Origin: an uncultured bacterium
Lineage (GTDB): Bacteria > Patescibacteriota > Minisyncoccia > UBA6257 > 2-01-FULL-56-20
Length of the DNA: 64,000 nt
Reading direction: 5' to 3'
NCBI GenBank assembly: GCA_963696395.1
Contig: CAVOJZ010000002.1
Span: forward strand, 784,619-848,618
A model generated the notes under the pieces. That model made no database searches. It saw nothing but the letters and a program-made list of their open reading frames with translations, and was not told where the DNA came from. Shown here piece after piece: positions 40,780 through 48,867 of this stretch (its first letter is position 1; every line of letters starts with the position of its first letter). The position numbers and the translations under genes are program-made.

Positions 40780-41001
40780 ATGGCACCAAAAAAAACGGAA
40801 ACAAAAGCACCAAAAGATTTTAAGGCTCATCTCGCCGAGATTGCGGCGATTCTGGAATGGTTTGACTCACAGGAGGAACTCGACATCGAACTCGCGCTCG
40901 AAAAAGTGAAGTCAGCTTCGGATCTCATTAAAGCCAGCAAGAAACGTCTCGGCGAAATCGAAAACGAATTCAAGGAAATTAAAAAAATCGCCGAAGCATG
41001 A
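40780..41001 (+). CDS. xseB: exodeoxyribonuclease VII small subunit
   Basis: Short helical ORF after xseA; ELDIELALEK. Confidence 0.85.
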   Translation: MAPKKTETKAPKDFKAHLAEIAAILEWFDSQEELDIELALEKVKSASDLIKASKKRLGEIENEFKEIKKIAEA

Positions 41002-41564
41002 ACAGGCAAAACGTCGGACTTTTTATTGACGTCCTTTGGCTTGCGTTTTGGGCGTACTGGCTCATTTCGGCCGCGCGATCAAAAAGGACTGTCCGCAGAA
41101 ATGGATTCAGCATCGTTATGCGCCTTTGTATTTTCCTGGTGGTTGTGATTGCGGTTGTTGCGTCGGGCAACTCATCCCAATTCATAAACGCTTCCTTTTC
41201 GGCAAATCCTGCGGTTCTGACTCTTGGTGCATTGCTTACGTTCCTCGGCATCGGCATTGCCGTATGGGCGCGCGTACATCTTGGACGAAACTGGGGGATG
41301 CCGATGTCGCTCAAGGAAAATCCGGAGCTCGTCACGACGGGACCATATCGCTACGTACGGCACCCCATTTACTCGGGGATCATTCTCGCCTTGCTTGGTT
41401 CAGCGCTCATCGGCGGCCCTTTTTGGCTGCTCGTTGTCGTCCTTTTCGGCATCTATTTCATCTACAGCGCAAAGCAGGAAGAGAAATTAATGAGTAAGGA
41501 ATTCCCCGATCAGTATCCGGCATACATGAAGCGATCGAAAATGCTGATTCCGTGGGTTTTCTGA
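40998..41564 (+). CDS. isoprenylcysteine carboxyl methyltransferase (ICMT/PEMT) family membrane protein
   Basis: LGRNW, LVTTGPYRYVRHPIY, EE..F..YPAY. Confidence 0.9.
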   Translation: MNRQNVGLFIDVLWLAFWAYWLISAARSKRTVRRNGFSIVMRLCIFLVVVIAVVASGNSSQFINASFSANPAVLTLGALLTFLGIGIAVWARVHLGRNWGMPMSLKENPELVTTGPYRYVRHPIYSGIILALLGSALIGGPFWLLVVVLFGIYFIYSAKQEEKLMSKEFPDQYPAYMKRSKMLIPWVF

Positions 41565-41569
41565 AAGCG

Positions 41570-42841
41570 TCAGCGCACCGTTTGGAGATAAGCGATCACG
41601 TGTTCCCAGGCGCCATGCACCTGCGGGAAGATAAGTGATGCAACATAGAAGAGAAGAATGAGCACCGCAAGTGTCCAGATTTCGCCGACAAAACCTCCGC
41701 CGTGATGATGTCCGCACGAACCGTGCCAGCCGTTTGAGCCGTAATTGCGATATCGCATTGACCACATCGCAGCCTTAAAAGGAAGCAGGATGAGCCAGAA
41801 GATGAGCATCATAAAGAGCAGCGTCACCCAAAGTGGATGTCCGCCGCCGATTGCGTGTCCGAGGATCATGCCGTGCGCAAGGAATGACCAAACGGCGAAG
41901 ATAAAGGCGATCCAGAGTGCGGCGATTATGAGACCAATCAAAAGACGGAAAAAGATGATGCCGCCGCCCACCGATTCGTCTTGCCACGAACGGTTCTGCC
42001 AAGGCTGATTCTGCCATGATTGATTTTGCCAGCCGTGGCGCGAAGCATATCGCTCGGCGTGGCGTGCGTGGCGCTCACTGCGCAATTTTTCTTTGAGCTC
42101 ACGCTTCCAGTCTTTCATGTCCTGTTTCCATTTCTGCCAATCCGCAGGGCTGGCTTCGGCGCCCGGCGTTTCCGGCTGTGGCGGCACGTTGCCATGATGT
42201 TCGAATTCCTTGCGGAACTCCTCGGCGCGCGCTTTTGCCTGTTCAATAAAATCGTGCGCGTTAAACGGTTTTGTGCCGTGTGCCGCCGCGTAGTCCTCTT
42301 CGGTGCGGGCGACCGGCATGACGACTATGAGGACAATATACGCCGCGATCCAGAATCCATGCGTGAGCGCGCCAAGAATCACAAAGATTACACGCACCAA
42401 GGTAACGTCCACATTAAAATACGCCGCAAGTCCGTTGCACACGCCTGTGATCCATTCACCTCGCGGGATCCGAAAGAGGCGCTTTGGGGCGGTGGCGGTG
42501 CCACCGGAAGAAGTGCCGGAAGAGCCTGTGCCGTTTGAATCTGCCGTGCCGTCCTCTGCGCCGACGCCTGTCGTCGCGGTCCCGCCCGTTGCGTCAACCG
42601 GTCCCATGGCTTGAATAATTTCTTCTATTTCCATCGCCGTCATCACATTTTTGCGCGGCGAAAGGCGCGCGTCGCATTTGTCGGCGATGGCCTGTTCAAA
42701 GTCCGACATGAGTTCGTCTTTATCCGGATTGTCGTGAAGTTTTGCCGCCGCTTTATCCAAATATTCCCGCAGGAGTTCGTATCCTTTTTCTTCCAGCTGA
42801 TAGGCCCTGCCGTTTAAATTGATGGTTATTACTTTGTTCAT
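41570..42841 (-). CDS. PspC-domain membrane protein
   Basis: Start MNKVITINLNG at 42841; KRLFR..ITGVCNGLAAYFNVDVTLVRV. Confidence 0.88.
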   Translation of the reverse strand: MNKVITINLNGRAYQLEEKGYELLREYLDKAAAKLHDNPDKDELMSDFEQAIADKCDARLSPRKNVMTAMEIEEIIQAMGPVDATGGTATTGVGAEDGTADSNGTGSSGTSSGGTATAPKRLFRIPRGEWITGVCNGLAAYFNVDVTLVRVIFVILGALTHGFWIAAYIVLIVVMPVARTEEDYAAAHGTKPFNAHDFIEQAKARAEEFRKEFEHHGNVPPQPETPGAEASPADWQKWKQDMKDWKRELKEKLRSERHARHAERYASRHGWQNQSWQNQPWQNRSWQDESVGGGIIFFRLLIGLIIAALWIAFIFAVWSFLAHGMILGHAIGGGHPLWVTLLFMMLIFWLILLPFKAAMWSMRYRNYGSNGWHGSCGHHHGGGFVGEIWTLAVLILLFYVASLIFPQVHGAWEHVIAYLQTVR

Positions 42842-42845
42842 GATT

Positions 42846-43190
42846 TTATTTTTCTTGCGACTTTTGTTTGAGTGTTTTTGAAAGCTTCTGCCAGTAGTCA
42901 CGGAGGGCATCGAGTTGATCTTTGCCTTTGTCCGTGAGGCGATAATATTTGCGCGGAGGTCCCGCGTCCGACTCGACCCATTCATATTCAACCGTCCCTT
43001 CGCGCCGCATCCGCGAAAGCAGGGGATAGAGCGTCCCTTCCTGCGTTTGGAATTCCGTTGCGTTTAGGATCGCCAAAATATCCGCCGCATATACTTTCTT
43101 ACTTGCAATCACGGTAAGTACGGCAAATTCAAGCAGGCCTTTGCGAATCGGGTCAAATTTGTCCTCGATTTTTATGGTTTCCGGTGGCAT
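42846..43190 (-). CDS. PadR-family transcriptional regulator
   Basis: RKGLLE, EGTLYPLLSR, GPPRKYYRLT. Confidence 0.95.
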   Translation of the reverse strand: MPPETIKIEDKFDPIRKGLLEFAVLTVIASKKVYAADILAILNATEFQTQEGTLYPLLSRMRREGTVEYEWVESDAGPPRKYYRLTDKGKDQLDALRDYWQKLSKTLKQKSQEK

Positions 43191-43196
43191 GACTTA

Positions 43197-43230
43197 ACTA
43201 TAGCAAGCTACCTTGCTCTGTCAAGGTAGC
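43197..43230 (-). promoter_or_regulatory. padR promoter with overlapping palindromic operator
   Basis: GCTACCTTG-N6-CAAGGTAGC (43207-43230) over minus-strand TTGACA-N16-TATAGT. Confidence 0.7.
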
Positions 43231-43315
43231 AATTTCCACAGGGGGAAAAGCCGCGCGATTGTGTTTTTTTGCGCCACAATTCTTGCAAAATTTCAGCGGA
43301 GTGGTAGAATATGCT

Positions 43316-43397
43316 AACGCAAAGTCGGTCGTCCCTCTGGGGGAGGGGGAGCCGCACCTAGCGAAGGGTCGTCGCTTCCGCCCGGGCGACCCTTTTT
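43316..43397 (+). ncRNA. orphan small RNA candidate
   Basis: TTGCAA(43283)-N16-TAGAAT with extended TG; GC-rich body; terminator AAGGGTCGTCG..CGGGCGACCCTTTTT. Confidence 0.5.
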
Positions 43398-43439
43398 AAT
43401 AATTTCTTAATTGTTGTTCAAATATGATCTCTGCGCGGT

Positions 43440-43509
43440 GGGGGTGGCGCAGCGCTGAACTCTGGATCGTCACCCGAGTTCACGGGGTGCAATTCCCCGC
43501 ACCTCCACC
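43440..43509 (+). ncRNA. D-armless tRNA-like RNA, unit 1 (Ala-type acceptor, loop ATCGTCA, anticodon-position CGT)
   Basis: GGGGGTG/CACCTCC-A-CC acceptor with G3:U70; 9-nt linker; 10-bp stem (1 mismatch) with 7-nt loop; T-arm CGGGG-TGCAATT-CCCCG. Confidence 0.75.
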
Positions 43510-43565
43510 GCGAAAAGAGTATTTAAAAAATAACTTGACGACGGTTTCCGAGGCCTTATAATTAT

Positions 43566-43643
43566 GGTCCGGGTGACGAACCAGAGTCAGTGCTACGTTT
43601 GAACTTACAAAAAGACCGCTCGCAAGAGCGGCCTTTTTGTTTT
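43566..43643 (+). ncRNA. antisense sRNA cognate to unit 1
   Basis: TTGACG(43535)-N16-TATAAT(43557); 43570-43594 complementary to 43451-43476; CCGCTC-GCAA-GAGCGG terminator plus T-tract. Confidence 0.75.
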
Positions 43644-43700
43644 AAGATGACGTTTTTTAATGATTTCTTAATCAACACGGGAATATGATCTCTGTGCGGT

Positions 43701-43770
43701 GGGGGTGGCGCAGCGCTGAACTTCGGCTCACCATCGAAGTTCACGGGGTGCAATTCCCCGCACCTCCACC
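43701..43770 (+). ncRNA. D-armless tRNA-like RNA, unit 2 (Ala-type acceptor, loop CTCACCA, anticodon-position CAC)
   Basis: Same scaffold as unit 1; stem TGAACTTCGG/TCGAAGTTCA with compensatory changes. Confidence 0.75.
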
Positions 43771-43826
43771 GCGAAAAGAAATTTATCCGGAAACTTGACG
43801 CACATTTTGATGAGATTATAATCAAA

Positions 43827-43902
43827 GTACGATGGTGAGCCGGAGACAGCGTAACGTTTGAACTTACAAAAAGACCGCTCGCAAGAGCGGCCTTTTTGTT
43901 TT
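43827..43902 (+). ncRNA. antisense sRNA cognate to unit 2
   Basis: TTGACG(43795)-N16-TATAAT(43817); 43830-43852 complementary to 43713-43736; identical terminator. Confidence 0.75.
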
Positions 43903-43914
43903 AAGCTTGTAGCA

Positions 43915-46900
43915 ATGGCTCTCTTTGAAGATCGCTACAAAGTCCTCAATCCCGAGCAACGGGAGGCCGTAGACACGCTCACAGGGCCGGTGATGGTCAT
44001 TGCGGGTCCGGGGACAGGGAAGACGGAGATTTTGACGCTGAGGATTGCGAACATATTGCGAGGCGGCGATGCGGCGGGCAAGAAGCCCAAAACCCAGCCC
44101 GAAAAGATCCTTGCTCTCACCTTCACGGAAGCCGGCGCGATCACCATGCGCCGCCGCCTTGCGGAACTTGTCGGGCAAATCGCCTACCGGGTGGAAATCT
44201 CAACGTTCCATGGCTTTGCGAATCGGATCATCCGCGACTATCCGGATTATTTTCCCGAGATTATCGGCGCAACGAGCATCACGGAAATTGACCAGATAAA
44301 AATCCTCAAAAAAATCATTGATGGCGCCGGTATCAGCGTTTTGCGTCCGTTCGGCGACCGTTACTATTATTTGCGCAACATCCTTGCGGCTTTGAACGAG
44401 TTAAAACGCCAGGGCGTTGCGCCGGATACGTTCAAAGAGATTGCGGAAGCGGAGAAGAAATCATTCTACGCAAATCCCGACCTTGTGAACCAGTCCGGCA
44501 AATACGAGGGAAAGATGAAAACAAAATATGCGTCCCCGGCAAAGCATATCGAAAAGAATCTCGAGCTCGCCGCAATCTATGCGAGCTATCAGGCCACACT
44601 CCGCAAGGCAAAGCAATATGACTTCAGCGACATGATTATGTACGTTGCGATTGCACTCGAGAAGAACGAGGAGCTTCGCAATGTGCTCCAGGATGCCTAT
44701 GAATACTATTTGGTAGACGAGCACCAGGACACGAACGACGCCCAGAACCGGATCATCGAATACCTTGCGGCAGGCGATGCCCCGAATCTTTTCGTGGTGG
44801 GCGACGAGAAGCAGGCAATTTTCCGGTTTCAAGGAGCATCCATCGAAAACTTCCATTATTTTGAAAAGAAATATAAGAAGGTGAAGCTGATTTTCTTGCG
44901 CAACAATTATCGTTCCACGCAGGCCATCCTGAACACCGCGCAAAATATTTCGCCGCGCGAAACCGAGCTTGTGGCCAAGGCGGGGCATTTTGCCTCGACC
45001 AAAACCGAGCCGCCTGCGCATCTTGCCGTGCTTTCCGCACCGGACGTGGAATATTTCTTTATCGCGGAGAAGATTAAAGAGCTTACTGCCGGCGCAGCCG
45101 GTCACAAAAAAAGTGATCAAAAGTCCGGCGCCGTTCCGCCCGAGGAAATCGCCGTCTTATATCGCGACAACAAAGACGTGACACCGCTTGCGCGCATGCT
45201 CGAGAAGGAAAAAATCGCATTCAACATTGAATCCGATCAGGACGTTTTGGGCGATGAAGAGATCAGGAAGCTCGTCCGCATCCTGCGGGCCGTCCAGCAT
45301 TACGGCAGTGACTATGCGCTGGCCGAGGCTCTGCACGTTGATTTCCTTGGTCTCGCGCCGTTTGATATCTACGGCATGACGGTTTCCGCCCGCCGCGAAA
45401 AGTTAAATTTATATAAATTCCTGGAACGCGAACAACCGGAGCTTTTTAACAAATTTTCATCCTGGAAACGTGCAGCAGAGAATCGGGGAGCGGCGGAAGC
45501 TTTCGAGGAGATCGTGCGTGATTCCGGATTTCTTGCGCATGTGCTGAACCATCCCTCGGCCACGGAGAAACTCGCCAAACTTCACGCGCTCTTCGACCTC
45601 CTTAAATCCTTCGTGGAGCGGGACAAGAAATACACCCTCCGCGATTTCTTTGAATACCTGGACCTCATGGAAGAGCATGGCGTGGCGGTGAAGAGCACGG
45701 ACACCGTGCGGTTGCCGGGCCGCGTGCGCCTTATGACCGCACACCGCTCAAAGGGGCTCGAATTCGATTATGTCTTCATCATGAATGCCGTGGATCGCAA
45801 ATGGGGATCGCGCTTCCATCGCGAAAACATCAAATTGCCGAGCAAAATTTATCGTGCACTTGCGGTGGTTGAGACCACGCTCGACGAAGGCGAGGACGAT
45901 GAGGATGAAGAAAAAGTAAACCAGGACGACGCCGATGAGCGGAATGTGTTCTATGTGGCGCTCACCCGTGCGCGGAAAGAAGTTTTTGTCACGCGGAGCC
46001 AAACGGATCGCGAAGGCAAAGAAATCCTGTCCAGCAAATTCATCCAGGAGTTGAAGCCGGATATCCTAGTGCCGTTCGACGTGTCGGCATACGAAGCGGA
46101 TTTTGCATCGCGCCGCGGGGAGATCGAATTTTCTGCGGGCGCAGGCGCGGGCGTCGGCTCAGGCGCGGGAAACAAGGGCGCAGAACCGCACAAGCTGCCC
46201 GAGCTCAAAGACAAGAAATTCCTGAATGAGATTTTCGACGCCCAGGGACTTTCCGTGACTGCGCTCAATAACTATCTCGAATGCCCCTGGCATTATTTCT
46301 TTGTAAACCTCGTGCGCATTCCCGAAGCACCGAATAAAAATCTTTCTTTTGGCAACGCGGTCCATGCGGCGCTCAAGAGCTATTTCGACGCGTTCGATGC
46401 CGGAAAGAAGATGAGCGCGGCGGAAGCAAAGGCATATCTTGTTGCACGATTTGAAGATGCACTTGCCGAGGAACCGATCAAGGAGAGTGATTACGAAGAA
46501 GCGCTCGAAAAGGGACGCGTGGCGTTGCCCGGTTTCTATGACGAATATCACGAGAGCTGGTCGCGCCCGGCGGCAAATGAAGTTCGCATTGCGGGCGTCG
46601 AAACCACAAAAGAAAACGGAAGTATAAAGATCAACGGCAAACTCGACCGCGTGGAATTTTTGGATGGAAAGAACGTTCGCGTGATTGATTACAAAACCGG
46701 CAAACCAAAATCCCGGAACGACATCGAGGGCAACACCCAATCAAGCGATGGCAACTACAAACGCCAGCTTGTGTTCTACAAGCTCCTACTCGACAAGGAA
46801 GGAAAAAACGACATGCAGGAAGGCGTGATCCAGTTCATTGAGCCGAACGACCGCGGCAAATTCGTCCGCGAGGCATTCGAGATAACAGGAGGGGAAGTGA

Positions 46901-47019
46901 AGGTGCTCGAAAAGCTTGTCGCCGACGTTGCAAAAGACATCAAAAACCTTGCTTTTTGGGACAAAGGCTGCAAAGAGCCGGATTGCCGGTATTGTGAGTT
47001 GAGGGAGGAGATGGAGTAG
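43915..47019 (+). CDS. UvrD/PcrA-family helicase with C-terminal PD-(D/E)xK nuclease domain
   Basis: AGPGTGKT, VDEHQD, VGDEKQAIFRFQGA, NYRS, TAHRSKGLEF, YVALTRA; GKLDRV..VIDYKTG..QLVFY; terminal Cys cluster. ATG at 43915. Confidence 0.93.
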   Translation: MALFEDRYKVLNPEQREAVDTLTGPVMVIAGPGTGKTEILTLRIANILRGGDAAGKKPKTQPEKILALTFTEAGAITMRRRLAELVGQIAYRVEISTFHGFANRIIRDYPDYFPEIIGATSITEIDQIKILKKIIDGAGISVLRPFGDRYYYLRNILAALNELKRQGVAPDTFKEIAEAEKKSFYANPDLVNQSGKYEGKMKTKYASPAKHIEKNLELAAIYASYQATLRKAKQYDFSDMIMYVAIALEKNEELRNVLQDAYEYYLVDEHQDTNDAQNRIIEYLAAGDAPNLFVVGDEKQAIFRFQGASIENFHYFEKKYKKVKLIFLRNNYRSTQAILNTAQNISPRETELVAKAGHFASTKTEPPAHLAVLSAPDVEYFFIAEKIKELTAGAAGHKKSDQKSGAVPPEEIAVLYRDNKDVTPLARMLEKEKIAFNIESDQDVLGDEEIRKLVRILRAVQHYGSDYALAEALHVDFLGLAPFDIYGMTVSARREKLNLYKFLEREQPELFNKFSSWKRAAENRGAAEAFEEIVRDSGFLAHVLNHPSATEKLAKLHALFDLLKSFVERDKKYTLRDFFEYLDLMEEHGVAVKSTDTVRLPGRVRLMTAHRSKGLEFDYVFIMNAVDRKWGSRFHRENIKLPSKIYRALAVVETTLDEGEDDEDEEKVNQDDADERNVFYVALTRARKEVFVTRSQTDREGKEILSSKFIQELKPDILVPFDVSAYEADFASRRGEIEFSAGAGAGVGSGAGNKGAEPHKLPELKDKKFLNEIFDAQGLSVTALNNYLECPWHYFFVNLVRIPEAPNKNLSFGNAVHAALKSYFDAFDAGKKMSAAEAKAYLVARFEDALAEEPIKESDYEEALEKGRVALPGFYDEYHESWSRPAANEVRIAGVETTKENGSIKINGKLDRVEFLDGKNVRVIDYKTGKPKSRNDIEGNTQSSDGNYKRQLVFYKLLLDKEGKNDMQEGVIQFIEPNDRGKFVREAFEITGGEVKVLEKLVADVAKDIKNLAFWDKGCKEPDCRYCELREEME

Positions 47020-47064
47020 TCGCGCAAAGTGGCAAAAATATACCTATCGTGATCTAATACTTGT

Positions 47065-47943
47065 ATGTCACAAATTAGCCAGCAACGGAGAGGCGAATAC
47101 ATGCAGGCGGTTTTGAAGGTATTGGTTGAAAAAGGTGGCTCGGCGCCTGCCCGAGAGGCAATAAAAGAAGCTGAAAAAAGATTAAACCTTACAGACTTTG
47201 AGAAAGAGCCAACTCCGAAAAATCATAACGAACGATGGTGGGCAATTCTTCAGTTGCACTCAATCGATCTCGTTAAGGCTGGTTGGCTGCAAAAACATAA
47301 TGCTGTTTGGTACATCACTGACGATGGACGCCAAGCACTAAAATCGACTCCCGAACATTTTATTCGAGAAGCTACTCGTTTGTATCGAGAATGGAAAAAG
47401 ATAGCAGAACCGGATGAGGCTGCAAAGGAAGAGGGGCGCGATGAAATTGTAGAGCCTCTTGCGTACGAACAGGGGTTAGAAACTGCGATAGAAGAACTAA
47501 AAACTTACATTCGAGGAATGAATCCCTATGTCTTTCAGGAATTAGTCGGAGCACTTTTTCGGGGGATGGGATATTTTACTCCGTTCGTTGCGCAAAAAGG
47601 ACCCGATGGAGGTATCGATGTTATTGCATATAAAGATCCTCTTGGAGCCGAAGCTCCTCGTATTCGAGTTCAGGTAAAACATAAAGAAGGCCCTCTTGGA
47701 AGGCCGGACGTTCAAAAGCTTTCAGGGGTTTTACGGAGCGAAGGATATGTCGGAGTGCTCGTTTCGAGTGGAGGATTCACTCGTGAAGCGGATGACGAAA
47801 TTCGTACTGCGCCTCATCACATCGACAAGATTGACCTTGAGAGATTCATTGATCTTTGGACTCAGCATTACGATAATCTTAGTGAAGAAGATCGTGCTCG
47901 CTTACCCATTCGTAGGATTGCGTTTCTTGCTCCAGAAGGCTAG
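47065..47943 (+). CDS. Mrr-family (type IV) restriction endonuclease
   Basis: N-terminal winged helix (LVKAGWL..WYITDDG); FQELVGALFRGMGY, GPDGGIDV, VQVK, GGFT. Confidence 0.9.
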   Translation: MSQISQQRRGEYMQAVLKVLVEKGGSAPAREAIKEAEKRLNLTDFEKEPTPKNHNERWWAILQLHSIDLVKAGWLQKHNAVWYITDDGRQALKSTPEHFIREATRLYREWKKIAEPDEAAKEEGRDEIVEPLAYEQGLETAIEELKTYIRGMNPYVFQELVGALFRGMGYFTPFVAQKGPDGGIDVIAYKDPLGAEAPRIRVQVKHKEGPLGRPDVQKLSGVLRSEGYVGVLVSSGGFTREADDEIRTAPHHIDKIDLERFIDLWTQHYDNLSEEDRARLPIRRIAFLAPEG

Positions 47944-48072
47944 ATTGATTTATTGATAAAAAGTTAGAAAAAGCATAGGATTTAATCAATATTTAATCTT
48001 ATGCCCGATGCCAAAAACGCCGGGAATAATGGTGATAATCACTTCGCGCGCGAGACGGACGCGCGTATCTGA

Positions 48073-48534
48073 ATGTTTAAGAATTTTGGTTTGAATGACG
48101 AAGATGCGCACCGCGCACTTATCATCGTTGGTGAATTAGGGAATAATGTCTTTGACCACAACCTTGGAAATTGGCCAACCAATTTTAGCGGCTCGATTAT
48201 CGCCGCACAGAATTATCCACGATTGAATCGCATCGAAATGATCGTGGCCGATGCTGGGGTTGGATTTCTCGGTTCTTTGCGAAATGCATTTCCTGATCTT
48301 ACAACTGATATCGCGGCTATTAAGAAAGGACTGGAAGGTAACACTGGGAGGATTGGAGAAAATCGCGGTAATGGACTGAAGACGATTCAAAAATGGACCA
48401 TCGGAAATTTTCATGGTATCCTCACCATCCATTCCGGCGGCGGCTTGGTGCAAGTTGATGAGAATGGTACTCAAGAAAAAGAAGTTGCTCCAATCGTAGG
48501 AACGTTGGCACAGTTCGTGATATACTATGGATAA
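48073..48534 (+). CDS. GHKL/HATPase-like ATP-binding protein (possibly N-terminally truncated)
   Basis: ELGNNVFDH, DAGVG, RGNGL, IHSG. Confidence 0.75.
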   Translation: MFKNFGLNDEDAHRALIIVGELGNNVFDHNLGNWPTNFSGSIIAAQNYPRLNRIEMIVADAGVGFLGSLRNAFPDLTTDIAAIKKGLEGNTGRIGENRGNGLKTIQKWTIGNFHGILTIHSGGGLVQVDENGTQEKEVAPIVGTLAQFVIYYG

Positions 48535-48838
48535 AGGCATGACGCTTGAGCTAAAAAAATTCGGCAGAATATTAAATAGTCGCTCGTTTGCGCGAGAGGC
48601 TATTTTGCGCGTCAAGCAAATCGTGAATGGCGAAAAAGATACTGCTGATGATCTCATGCTTGATTTTGCCGAAGTTGATGTAGTTACGCCATCGTTTGCC
48701 GATGAGTTTATTCGCGGTTTAAAAAAACAATATCCTCGGAAGAAAATTAAGATTCAAGGAGTGACGGACAATACCGTTCTTGAAGAGGTGCTAAAAATAG
48801 TGGAAGAAAGTGAGGCAAGTAAGAAAGAAGCTGAATAA
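48527..48838 (+). CDS. STAS-like DUF4325 protein
   Basis: FGRILNSR, LDFAEVDVVTPSFADEF. Confidence 0.85.
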   Translation: MDKGMTLELKKFGRILNSRSFAREAILRVKQIVNGEKDTADDLMLDFAEVDVVTPSFADEFIRGLKKQYPRKKIKIQGVTDNTVLEEVLKIVEESEASKKEAE

Positions 48839-48867
48839 TTGGAGGGAGGGCGGTATAATTTCTCCAT

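Larger units (their letters stand above)
43394..43905 (+). repeat. tandem duplication, about 261-nt period (43394-43646 and 43655-43905)
   Basis: Near-identical scaffolds; differences concentrated in the anticodon-like stem-loop, the matching antisense segment and the spacers. Confidence 0.95.

Noticed and set aside
43424-43561. Short ORFs through the tRNA-like units (MISARWGWRSAELWIVTRV.., 45 aa; MISVRWGWRSAELRLTIEV.., 37 aa) as type I peptide toxins
   Set aside because: The ATG lies inside the predicted -10 box, there is no RBS or hydrophobic helix, substitutions preserve base pairs rather than amino acids, and module 3 has no homologous ORF. Not formally excluded without Ribo-seq.
43440-43770. 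tmRNA (ssrA) gene or two-piece tmRNA
   Set aside because: The ends resemble the tmRNA tRNA-like domain, but each unit is complete in 70 nt with no tag ORF, pseudoknots or permutation.
43394-43905. CRISPR array
   Set aside because: Two 261-nt units with internal promoters and terminators; no short repeat-spacer periodicity and no cas genes in the window.
47982-47996. Another TTAA-N7-TTAA box
   Set aside because: Lies in very AT-rich DNA with no -10 element at +12 and no tRNA-like gene downstream; probably chance.
48070-48072. TGA recoding (genetic code 25)
   Set aside because: Several genes end cleanly at TGA (e.g. M50 protease, xseB, DUF167) and long genes have no internal TGA.
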